From Chiloscyllium plagiosum (lineage: Eukaryota): a stretch of DNA of 50,406 bases. Shown piece by piece: positions 27,101-37,124 of this stretch (within the stretch, counting starts at the first letter, position 1; the number at the start of each line of letters is the position of its first letter). The stretch spans positions 10,595,165 to 10,645,570 of the forward strand of contig NC_057756.1 in the NCBI RefSeq assembly GCF_004010195.1. Direction: 5' to 3'. Position numbers and translations under genes: made by a program. The notes under the pieces are model-generated. The model did not search any database and was not told the DNA's origin. It saw only the letters and a program-made list of their open reading frames with translations.

Positions 27101-29330
27101 GGTTGAATTGGTCATGCTAAATTACACGCAGTACCCAGGGATGTACAGGTTCAAGTGGATTAGCCCTGCTAAATTATTCATTTTGTCCAGGGATGTGCAG
27201 GTTAGGGTGGATTAGCATTGCTATGTTACCCATACCGCCCAGCAATGTGCAGGTTAGAGTGGATTGGCCATGCCAAATTTCCCCTAGTGCCTAGGGATGT
27301 GCAGGTTAGGGTGGATTGGCTGTGCTAAATTACCCATGATGTGCGGGTTACGGTGGGTTGGCCATGCTAAATTACTCACAGTGCCCAGGGATGTACATGT
27401 TAGGGTGGATTGTCCATGCTAATTTGTCCCTTTTGCGCCCAGGGATGTGCAGTTTTGGCAATTTTGGCCATGCTAAATTACCCAGAGATGCGCAGGGTAG
27501 GGTGGATTGGCTATGCTTGTTTGTTCCTTAGTGCCCAGGAATGTGCAGGTTCAGGTGGATTGGCCATGCTAAATTACCCTTAGAACCCAGCGCTGTGCAG
27601 GTTAAGCTGGATTTGCTGTGGTAAATTGTCCCATCATGCCCAGAGATATGAAGGTTAGGATGGATTGGCCGTGCTGATTTAACCATAGTGCCCAGGGATC
27701 TACCGGTTAGGGTGGATTGGCCGTGCTACATTGTTTCATAGTGTCCAGGGACGTGCAGATTAGGGTGGATTGGCCATGCTAATTTGTCCCATTGTGTCCA
27801 ATGATGTGCAAGGTACAGTGGATTGGCCATTCTAAATTACCTATAATGTTCTGGATTGTGTAGCTTGGAGTGGATTGGCCATGCTAAATTGTCCCACAAT
27901 GCCCAGAAATGTGCAGGTTAGGGTGGATTGGTGATGCTAAATTACCTGTAGTGCCCAGGGATGTGCAGGTTTAGTTGGATTGGCCATGCTAAGTCACCAA
28001 TACTGCCCAAGGTGCGCAGGTTACGGTGTATTGGCTATGCAGAATTGTCCCATAGTGCCCAGAGATGTGCAGATTAGGATGGATTGGCCATGCTAAATTG
28101 ATCCATAGTGGTCAAGGATGTGCAGGTCACGGTGTATTGGCCATACTAAATTACCCATAGTGCTCAGTGGTGAGCAGCTTGGGTTGGATTGGCCATTCTA
28201 ATTTGACTCATAGTGCCCAAGGAAGTGCAGGTTAGTGAGGATTGGCCACGCTAAATTGTCCCTTTGTGCTCAGGGATGTGTATTTTAGGGTGAATTATCC
28301 GTGCTAAAATACGATAGTTTCTCGGGATGTGTAGGTGAGGGGGCATTGACCATGCTAAATTATCCATTGTGCCTAGCGATATCCGTATTAGGGTGGATGG
28401 ATGTTGCTAAATTGCCGATTATCAACAATGATGTGCAGCTTAGGGTGGATGCTCCATGCTAATTTGTCCCTTTGGTCCCAGGGATGTGCAGGTTAGGGTG
28501 TCTTGGCCATGCGAAACTGTCTCTCCGTGCCCAGGGATGCGCAGGTTAGGGTAGATTGGCTCTACCAAATTACCCATTGTGGCCAGGTGTGTGCAGGTTA
28601 GGGTGGATTGGCCATGGTAAATTATCCATACTGTGCAGGGATGTGCACATTAGGGTGGATTCGCCATGCTAAATTGTCCCATACTGTTAAGGGATGTGCA
28701 GGTGTGGGTGGATTGGACGTATTAAATTACCCATAGTGCCTGGGATGTGCAGGTGGGGATGGATTGGCCATGCTAAATTGTCGCATAGTGCCCAGGGTTA
28801 TGCAGTTCGTGTAGATTGGCCATACTAAATTGCCCATAGTGCCCAGGGATGTGCAGGTTAGCGTGGGTTGCCCATGCTAATTTGTTCCATAGTGCCCCAG
28901 AATGTGCAGTTGTAGGTGTATCAGCTGTGCCAAATTCTCCATAGTGCCCAGGGATGTGCGGGTTAGGGTTGCATACTTTTCCCACAGTGCCCAGGGATGT
29001 GCCCAGGTTTGGGTAGATTGGCCATGCTAAATAATCCATAGTGCCCAGCAATATCCCTGTTCGGGTGGATGGGCATTGCTAAATTGGCGATTAGCAACAG
29101 TGATGTGCAGCTTAGCACTCTATGCTATTTTGTCCCTTTGTTCCCAGGGATGTGCAAGTTAGGATGGATTGCCCATGCGAAATTGGGCCAGAGTGCCCAT
29201 GGATATGCAGGTTAGGATAGATTAGCTAAACTGCCACATAGTGCCCAGGGACGTGCAGTTTCGGGTAGATTGGCCATGCCAAATTACCCATAGTTCTCTA
29301 GGATGTGCAGGTTAATTGGGTTAGCCATGG

Positions 29331-29448
29331 GAAATGTGGGGTTACAGGGTTAGGGTTGGAGAGGCTGAGTCTGTGCGGGCTCTCTTCGGAGTCTCGGCGT
29401 GGATCCGATCGGCCAAGTAGCCTCCTCCCCACACTGTTGGCAGTCTGT
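29331..29448 (+). mobile_element. Diverged HE1 SINE 3' tail closing the 52-bp array
   Basis: GGGAAATGTGGGGTTACAGGG...TGAGTCTGTGCGGGCTCTCTTCGGAG..TCGGCGTGGA...GGCCAAGTAGCCTCCTCCCCACACTGT aligns by eye with HE1 tails such as 11378-11451. Confidence 0.8.
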
Positions 29449-29537
29449 GCTGGTAAAAGACCGAGACCTTTAGAAGCAGTCAGGCAATGTGCAGGTCTCC
29501 GTCCGGGAGAAAAGGCCTTTTGCTGTTGGGTGAGTGC

Positions 29538-30468
29538 AGAACTAGAGGGCGTAGGTTTAAGCTGAGAGGGGAAAGATTTTAAAAAGGGACCCCAGGGGTA
29601 ACTTTTTCACGCAGAGGGTGGTATGGGTATGGAATGAGCTGCCAGAGGAAGTGGTGGAGGCTGGTACAATGACAACATTTAAAAGGCATCTGGATGGGTA
29701 TATGTGGGATAAGATTTGCTAACCCACGATAGGCCCACAACAGCAAATTGGCCAAATTGTACCAGGACACCCAGAATTCCCGAGCAGCTCACGAACTGGG
29801 TCAGACGGTACGCAGGCAATGGAATACGCTTTCAAGCTCCCATGGACATGACAAGAGATCTCAAAGCCCTCAGGGCAGTTTCACAACCCAGCAATACCCT
29901 AAAGCCACACAAAGAGCAGGACAGACAGACAGACAGGCACCACAGGACAATGGAAGCACCTCACCACTTCAGGAAAGACTTTAACACCGACCTGGGAAGA
30001 TGAATGGAACTGTGATACTGTCAGGATGTTGCATTGTGTGAAGGAACAGATCATTCATCCAATAAACTGTTTTCCAATTAGCACCCTTGCAACTAAAATA
30101 CTCCATTTCCAGAAACATTGTAGTTTCCCATTTCTTAATCAGTGTCATTGTGCAGCATTACTATCATCCTCAGCTCTGGGAGGAGAAATCAAATTCTCTG
30201 TGCAGACTGTCAGTTCTGTGTCAGCTGGTCGGTTTTCTCCTCCAGCGATATCGCTTGCAATAAACTGTTTGTCAATTTCACTTCGAGCTGTGTTTTGTGA
30301 TCTCTAACCTACTGGGCAAATTTCTCCGACAGTGTATGAATAGGAAGGGTGGAGCGGGATATGGGCCAAGTGCTGGGAAATGGGACCAGATTAGTTTGGG
30401 ATATCTGGTCGGCATGGACGAGTTGGAGCAAAGAGGCTGTTTGCTTGCTGTACATCTCTGACTCTGAG
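29538..30468 (+). mobile_element. CR1/HER1 3' end, split by a 629-bp insertion at 29703-30331
   Basis: AGAACTAGAGGG...CATCTGGATGGGTATA stops at 29702 and resumes as TGAATAGGAAGGG at 30337. Confidence 0.88.
29703..30331 (+). mobile_element. Probable solo LTR (629 bp)
   Basis: TG...CA ends, imperfect terminal inverted repeat (TGTGGGATAAGATTTGC / GCAAATTTCTCCGACA), 5-bp TSD GTATA/GTGTA, AATAAA at 30061 and about 30259. Confidence 0.72.
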
Positions 30469-30504
30469 CTGAGCTATCCGCTTGTATTAGGGCGTTGGGG
30501 TAGT

Positions 30505-30600
30505 GGAGAGAGTAGCGGGTGGAATCTGCCGACTTTACCTGGTCTGGCCTCCGTGCGACTCCAGACCCACAGCGATGTGGTTGACTCTGAGCTGCCTGTC
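30505..30600 (+). mobile_element. Fragment of the second SINE family (see 32532-32858)
   Basis: GGAATCTGCC...ACCTGGTCTGGCC...GACTCCAGACCCACAGCGATGTGGTTGACTCT matches 32718-32785. Confidence 0.6.
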
Positions 30601-30709
30601 TGCGTAATTGCAGTTTGCCCTAGCCCTTGACACCCAGATAGCTATGAATGAATTCCTAGAAAGAGACAGGGCAAATCTACATGAAACAGCATTGAGGTGA
30701 ATCGTACAG

Positions 30710-31800
30710 TTGTAGAGTCGGACAGCATGGAAACATACCCTTTAGCCCAACCTGGTCTATGCTGAACAAAACATCCATCCACGCTATCCCTATTTCCCTA
30801 CACTTCCCGATCCATGTATTTGTCCAAATGCTTTTAAGTGTTGTTATTGTACCCACCTCAACCACTTCCACTGGCAGCTCATTCCATATTTGCACCACCC
30901 TTGATGTTTTTAAAAAAAAGTTGCTCCTCAGATTCCCTTTTATTCTTTCCCCTCTAAACTGATGGCCTCTAGTCCTTGATTCCCCAGCCCTGCGGTAAAA
31001 GACTGAGTGCACTCACCCTATCCATGCATCTCATCATCTTGTACATTTTTATAAGGTTTCCCCCCCACCCCCCTCAGTCTCCTACACTCTAAAGAGAAAA
31101 GTCCTCGCTTGTCCAACCTCACCCTATAACTCAGACCGTCGAGTCCTGGTAACATCCTTGGAAATTTCTTCTGCACTCTTTCCAGTTTGGCGGCACGGTG
31201 GCACAGTGGTTAGCACTGCTGCCTCACAGCGCCAGAGACCTGGGTTCAATTCCCAACTCAGGCGACAGACTGTGTGGAGTTTGCACATTCTCCCCGTGTC
31301 TGCGTGGGTTTCCTCCGGGTACTCCGGTTTCCTCCCACAGTCCAAAAATGTGCAGGTCAGGTGAATTGGCCATGCTAAATTGCCCGTAGTGTTAGGTAAG
31401 GGGTAAACATAAGGGTATGGGTGGTTGCGCTTCGGCGGGGCGGTGTGGACTTGTTGAGCCAAAGGGCCTGTTTCCATACTGTAAGTAATCTAATCTAATA
31501 ATATCCCTCCTCTAACAAGGTGACCAAAACCGAACACAATACTCGACTCAGCCTCTCTCTATACCTCAAACCCTGCAATCCAGGCAACATACTCATAAAT
31601 CTTGTCTGCACTCTTTCAAGTTTTGCAACATCCTTCCCACAGCAGGGAAACCAGAATTGAATGTGGTACAGCCTCACTAAAGCCCTGTACAACTGTAACA
31701 TAACTTCCCAACTTCTGTACTCAGTGCCCTGACTGATGAAGGCCAGTGGGCCTAAAGCCACCTTCACTGCCCTGCGTCTACCTGTGACTCCACTTTTAGT
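30710..31800 (-). mobile_element. CR1 LINE 3' fragments, interrupted by an HE1 SINE
   Basis: Minus-strand peptides ESRTRGH...RVVQIWNELP and LAFISQGTEYRSWEVMLQLYRALVR...LERVQ. Confidence 0.85.
31189..31498 (+). mobile_element. HE1 V-SINE, full length, nested in CR1
   Basis: A/B boxes, V-domain, TAATCTAATCTAA tail. Confidence 0.93.
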
Positions 31801-31989
31801 ATGCAAAACGCTGCTGTCCAGGTACCAGTTGCAGTGGGGACAGTTGAACAAGGAGCATAGAACTGGGGACACGGTGACCCTCCACTGTGAGCTGAGCTGT
31901 TGTTGAGGATAAATGGGGTGAAATATTCTTTCTGATGTTTGCAGTAAGACCATTTCAAGTGGTTATGTAGTGTGACATAGTTATTTATA

Positions 31990-32340
31990 AAGTCATAGAG
32001 ATGTGCAGCACGGAAACAGACCCTACAGTCCAACCCGCCCATGCCGACCAGATGTCCTAACCAAATCCAGTCCCCATTTGTCAGCACTTGGACCATATCC
32101 CTCCAAACCCTTCCTATTCATATACCCCTCCAGATGCCTTTTTAATGTTGCAATTGTACCAGCCTCCACCACATCCTCTGGCAGCTCATTCCATACACGT
32201 ACCACCCTCTGCGTGAAATAGTTGCCCCTTAGGTCCCTTCTATATCTTTCCCCGCTCACCCTAACCCTATGCCCTCTCGTTCTGGACTCCCCCACCCCAA
32301 GGGAAAGACTTTGTCTATTTACCTTATCCATGCCCCTTTT
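31990..32340 (-). mobile_element. CR1/HER1 3' end
   Basis: ORF 32023-32448 contains GESRTRGH...FTQRVVRVWNELPEDVVEAGTIATLKRHLEGYM. Confidence 0.9.
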
Positions 32341-32531
32341 GGGTAATACGTTTTCCATGCCCCTTTTGGGTAATACGTTTTCCTTTCTTTTGTTAAAAGC
32401 ATATTGCAGCCCCTTGCGAAGATGCTCAGTGACTGGCCTGGCCACCACGGGAAGCTCACAGACCGTCCGGTTTTATTTTCCATATTCAGCCAAGTTTGCT
32501 CTTGGAGCAGCCACATGCAGTAATGCAGCAA

Positions 32532-32858
32532 GGGGAGGCGATGGCCTAGTGGTATAATCTCTGGACTGTGAACCCGGAGACCCAGGTAACGTTCTGGGGG
32601 GTTAGAATCCCACCAGGGCAGACAGTGCAATTTGAATTCAGTGGCAAAACAAAACCATCTGGGGTTTGAGTCGAACGGTGAAAAGACCCATCTGGTTCAC
32701 TAATGCCTCATAGGGAAGGAAATCTGCCGTCCCTGACCTGGTCTGGCCGACGTGTGGCTCTCGACCCATTGCAGTGTGGTTCATTTTTGAACTGGGACAA
32801 TGAATGTGGTCTGGCCAGTGACGCCTTTATCCTGTGAGTGAATTCAATGGAAAAAAAT
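32532..32858 (+). mobile_element. tRNA-derived SINE of a second (non-HE1) family
   Basis: TGGCCTAGTGG A box, GGTTAGAATCCC B-box-like motif, A-rich tail; central part recurs near 30520. Confidence 0.7.
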
Positions 32859-33154
32859 ACACTCTGGGAGCAGAGGAATATGCTGGAAGTCTTGCACTGG
32901 ACGGGTGAAGGAGCTGGGAAAGCTCACTTTGAGTATAGTCCAATGGGACGTTCCAATTTGGTGTTCACCACAGGCTGGTTATAGTCGGGAAAGCGTTGAT
33001 AACACTGAGGGGAGGAGAGCTTCCTCTTGGAATGCAATTTAGTTTTTATCGAGGAGCTCTTTATACGACAGGAAACCGCATCTGATATCCCTGGCCTCCT
33101 GGAAGTATCAGAGGGAGACCAGCAAAGATCTTCAGGACAGACATGCCTGCATAG

Positions 33155-33649
33155 GGCACTATCCACAACTCCACCATCCTTAGTGTTGTCTGCAAATTTA
33201 CTAACCCACCCTTCTACACCCTCATCCAGGTCGTTTATAAAAATGGCAAACAGCAGTGGCCCCAAAACCGATCCTTGTGGTCCACCACTAGTAACTGAAC
33301 TCCAAGATGAACATTTCTCATCAAACACCACCCTCTGTCTTTTTTCAGCTAGCCAATTTCTGATCCAAACCGCTAAATCACCCTCAATCCCATGCCATAG
33401 CCTATCCTGGGGAACCTTATCGAACATCTTACTGAAATCCATATACACCACACCAACCGGTTTTCCCTCATCTACCTGTTTGGTCACCTTCTCAAAGAAC
33501 TCAATAAGGTTTGTGAGGCACGGCCTACCCTTCACAAAACCGAGCAGACTATCCCTAATCAGCTTAGTCCTTTCCAGATGATTATAAATCCTTCTCTTAT
33601 CACCTTTCCCAACACTTTACCCACAACCGAAGTCAGGCTCACTGGCTTA
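33155..33649 (-). mobile_element. CR1 RT core fragment (downstream part of the CR1 split by R2)
   Basis: [10 protein letters not shown]...[12 protein letters not shown]...[19 protein letters not shown]...SKFADNTK; begins with [10 protein letters not shown]. Confidence 0.92.
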
Positions 33650-34185
33650 TTTTGAAACACTCTGGGAATGCCTTTTCCAAGTCTTTACATCGCTCGTCGA
33701 TGTTTTGTACTGTCCAGCATCACCACAGGCTAAGGGCCAGGTGTTACTGGTGTTACATGAGGCTCGGTGCTTTCGTCAATTAGCGGGTTTTACGACTTAT
33801 TGGTGTTGGTGGACCGGCGTACCCCGTTTTTTTTTTTTTTTACTTTTATATCCCTTTTTTTTTGGTGGGGGGGTTAGCCGATCCTTGTCTCGGCGAAAGA
33901 TCTTGTCTGACCGTTTGCGGTTATTTGCTGACTTGTCACTGCAGAGTTGTAAGAGTTTGCGTGTCAGTGACAGAGTGAGTCTTGATCTCTTTTTGGCGAA
34001 CGTCTCGTATCTCTCGATGCCGAGGAATTTCACGAGGCGGTTAGTCAGGCCCAGCCACTTGCCTCGTGCGCCCATCACGCAGCCAAAGTATTTTGGGGTC
34101 CGCGCCTCCCGTCAATTCCGTGACCTCGGCATTTAGCTGTTTATGTTTGTCACTTTTTTTCCCCCCGCCATGCTGTTTCCAGTGT

Positions 34186-34650
34186 TTTCCTGTCGTTTTT
34201 GTACCGCACTGTGACAACCGCAATCTTCTGATTTTTTTTTTTAAAATATGAGACTTATTTATGTTTGGTTTTTGTTTTGGTTTGGTGCTGACTGCTTCTC
34301 GCGGAAGCATGTCTCCAATTCCTCTTTTGAGACAGGACAAGTGGAAGAGGTCGGCGCCCCCATGATCTCGCGAGCTGGTTGGCGCCGGTTAGTTTTGTAG
34401 AGCTGCTGTGTCGCTCTATTTCCTGTCGTTTTTGTACTGCACTGTGACAACCGCAATCTTCTGATTTTTTTTTTAAAATATGAGACTTATTTATGTTTGG
34501 TTTTTGTTTTGTTTTGGTGCTGACTGCTTCTCGCGGAAACATGTCTCCAATTCCTCTTTTGAGACAGGACAAGTGGAAGAGGTCGGCGCCCCCATGATCT
34601 CGCGAGCTGGTTGGCGCCGGTTAGTTTTGTAGAGCTGCTGTGTCGCTCTA
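34186..34650. repeat. Near-perfect tandem duplication of about 233 bp inside the R2 remnant
   Basis: 34186-34418 is repeated at 34419-34650 with few differences. Confidence 0.95.
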
Positions 34651-35496
34651 CGTGCTGCCCACCGTATTTTGTCTCCGGTATTGCTACCGGTCCTCCTTGC
34701 CTCTTTCGGCCCAATCTTGTTGAGGCCTCTTGCGTTTGCTCTGTCCTTTCCTACTATTCAATAGCAGGTCAGTAATACTTCCCACAAGGCCCACCCCCAA
34801 GGGCAAGGGTGTCCAGGTCATTCCTCGCCATCAGGAGCTCCTCCGCTTGTGTCAGCTGGTCACCTACGTCCCGACGTTTCGGGATCGAAGCCGATGTTCT
34901 TCAGCCGGCTCTTTGGCGCAGGTTTTGATCGTTGGGATTTTCCTGGACGCTGCCTCTGATTCGTGCCAGTCTACACCTGTCATTGACTTGTTGGTGGTCG
35001 GCACCTCCGTCAGGAGCCCTGCGTTTGTCTGAGATTTGTTTCAGAGTGTTTGTTTTTAAGGATGCTGGCGATGGATTTGTTTATAAAATCTGCATCCTGC
35101 GAATCTCCCTTCCACGTTCCCTCGGGAGTGCCACCCCCTCCTGTGACCATACGCGGATCACTTCTCCCTGGTTTGCCAAAGACTTGGGGTGCAAGGTTTG
35201 AGGCATTTTTCGTTTTTGTAGAATCGGCTGTCTGTGCCTCTCGTGTTGACCGAGGCCCGACTGAGTAGAAAGCTGTTAGTCACACGCGCTGCGTGCAAAG
35301 TCCCCTGTTGGGGGCTTATGTTTGTGCCTTTGCTTTTTGGATCGTGGTAGGAGATTGCATGATATTCTCCCGCTTTGTCGCAGCCTGAATATTTTGTTTG
35401 AATGCTCTTTACTCCGTGCACTTTAGTCAAATGAACAGGCTCACTGTGGGGAAGAGGGTGTCAGAGTCCTTGCAGGACAGCCCATCAATGGGGTAT

Positions 35497-35820
35497 GATT
35501 AGATTAGATTAGATTAGATTTAGATTAGATTAGATTACAGTGTGGAAACAGGCCCTTCGGCCCAACAAGTCCACACCGCCCCGCCAAAGCGCAACCCACC
35601 CAGACCCCCTACATTTACCCCTTACCTAACACTACGGGCAATGTAGCATGGCCAATTCACCTGACCCTGCACATCTTTGGACTGTGGGAGGAAACCGGAG
35701 CACCCGGAGGAAACCCACGCAGACACGGGGAGAATGTGCAAACTCCACACAGTCAGTCGGCTGCGGTGGGAATTGAACTCTGGCGCTGTGAGGCAGCAGT
35801 GCTAACCACTGTGCCACCGT
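35497..35820 (-). mobile_element. HE1 V-SINE inserted in the R2 ORF, TSD GGGGTA
   Basis: (GATTA)n tail at 35497-35536; GGGGTA at 35490-35495 and 35821-35826; removing it rejoins VVIHYP to IDGLSC. Confidence 0.92.
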
Positions 35821-36012
35821 GGGGTAGTGGATAACTACCTCTGGGACAAATGTTCTGTCGTACGCTGGCTCGATAACAACTCCTTCCATGAAGGTAGTTG
35901 CATCAGCTGTTTCCTCGCCAGTCTCACTTATAGTCTTTTTGTAGTCTGTGCCCCGTCAGGTCTTGATAACTTCAGTTGGAGAAGGTTTGGGTGGTGATGC
36001 TTATGGAGACCA

Positions 36013-36070
36013 TGACCAGATTCATCTCTACTCCCCATCTTGAACAAGGTGACGACATTTGCTAGCCTTC
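36013..36070 (-). mobile_element. CR1 fragment, upstream part of the CR1 split by R2
   Basis: RLANVVTLFKMGSRDESG is the segment that precedes NYRPVSLTS in CR1 ORF2. Confidence 0.8.
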
Positions 36071-36387
36071 CAGGCATGATGATCTTTTGACAAGCTGACC
36101 TGAAGGTTGAGGCCGTGCAGCGGGAGGTCGGTGGGAGCGTGAGGGGATTGGTGCTGGGTCTGCAGTGGAGACCGGGCCCCAACCCCGAGCCTATAGAAAA
36201 AAGCCAGACAGGAAACGGTTAAGGTGGCCCTGGGAGTGGGGGAGGGGGAGGTGACACAGCGCTGTGTCCTCAACGCAACAGTGACGCGGGAGAAACTGAC
36301 TTCAGGCCGTCAGGAAGAGAATTGAACCGGCTGTCAGCGAGCCCATTGGACAGGGGGCAAAGCTGTCTGCATTGTCGCCATACGAGC

Positions 36388-36575
36388 GAGGAGCAGAAAT
36401 CAGGCCAGTCGGCCCATCCACCCCGCCACTCGATCGTGGCTGATGGATTTTTCAACCCTGTTTTCTCCTTGATTTTCCCCCTTGGCAATCAAGAGCCTCT
36501 CTATCTCGGTTTTAAATATTCTCAGTGACCTGGCCTCCACACGCTTCAGAGCAATGCGTTCCGCCACTGTCTGGC
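36388..36575 (-). mobile_element. Diverged CR1 3' end
   Basis: GAGGAGCAGAAATCAGGCCAGTCGGCCCATC tail, similar to those at 11470 and 42510. Confidence 0.7.
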
Positions 36576-36583
36576 TAAAGGTT

Positions 36584-36814
36584 GGATTCCCTGCAATGTG
36601 GAAACAGGCCCTTCGGCCCAACAAATCCACACCGACCCTCCGAAGAGTAACCCACCCAGGCCCATTCCCCTACCCTATATTAACCCTTGACTAATGCACC
36701 TAACACTACGGGCAATTTAGCATGGCCAATCCACCCTTAACCTGCACGTCTTTGGACTGTGGGAGGAAACCGGAGCACCCGGAGGAAACCAACGCAGACA
36801 CGGGGAGAACGTGC
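36584..36814 (-). mobile_element. 5'-truncated HE1 SINE
   Basis: Reverse-complement tail and V-domain; no tRNA-like head. Confidence 0.88.
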
Positions 36815-37124
36815 ATTAGGTAGAAACAGTTGAGTCCGTGTAACCCCTAGGGAGGACCAGAACAGACCTGGATTTAATAGCGGGATAATGGAGTGGGAGA
36901 ACTACCCTCCCTCAAAGTGCGCACTGTCAGGATCTGAGGAATCTCCCACCACCCCCCACCACCTTTGGATTTGCTTGCTAATTCGAATCATTGAATCCCC
37001 ACGGTGCGGAGGTAGCGTATTCAGCCCATCATGTCAACGCCAACCCTCTGAACAGCATCCCACCCCTGACCCTGTAAGCCGACATTTCCCCACAGGGAGT
37101 TGTAAGGAGATTTGCGAATGAACC

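Larger units (their letters stand above)
13427..29330 (+). repeat. 52-bp tandem satellite derived from the HE1 internal unit, about 280 copies (estimate)
   Basis: Consensus GATGTGCAGGTTAGGGTGGATTGGCCATGCTAAATTACCCATAGTGCCCAGG; period 52 measured at 13531 vs 13583; copy number estimated from length minus three insertions. Confidence 0.97.
33650..36012 (-). mobile_element. R2-type non-LTR retrotransposon, three-zinc-finger (clade A-like), decayed, RT domain deleted
   Basis: Frameshift-corrected minus-strand motifs in R2 order: ZF1 YPIDGLSCKD..HLTKVH; CCHC-like SGCDKAGEYHAISYHDPKSKG; CCHH SACD..STQSGLGQHERHRQP; Myb VWSQE...GRFAGCRFINKSIASILKNK..KQISDKRR; motif -1 RATQQLYKTNRRQPAREIMG...CPVSKEELETCF; endonuclease end LIF...VVTVRY...LETAW...MGARGKW...FAKKRSR. 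Confidence 0.85.

Noticed and set aside
13427..29330. CRISPR-like regularity and short ORFs in the 52-bp array
   Set aside because: Head-to-tail tandem units with no unique spacers and no cas genes; the ORFs are translations of SINE sequence.
13427..29330. Interstitial telomere
   Set aside because: TTAGGG occurs once per 52 bp as part of the SINE unit, not as a tandem (TTAGGG)n tract.
31730..31760. CTGATGAAGGCC motif
   Set aside because: It is the antisense of CR1 coding sequence (LAFISQ) and has no downstream GAAA.
33797..34078. Lysine-rich 93-aa ORF as a host gene
   Set aside because: Its N-terminal part is the R2 endonuclease end; the lysine runs come from T tracts of the R2 3' UTR.
34870..34908. 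Minus-strand CTGAAGA...GAAACGTC hammerhead look-alike inside the R2 remnant
   Set aside because: Helix II has no closing pair next to the core, helix I cannot form, and there is no PLE context; probably chance.
35890..36012. HDV-like ribozyme expected at an R2 5' end
   Set aside because: No convincing nested pseudoknot or 28S-derived sequence is visible; the copy appears 5'-truncated.
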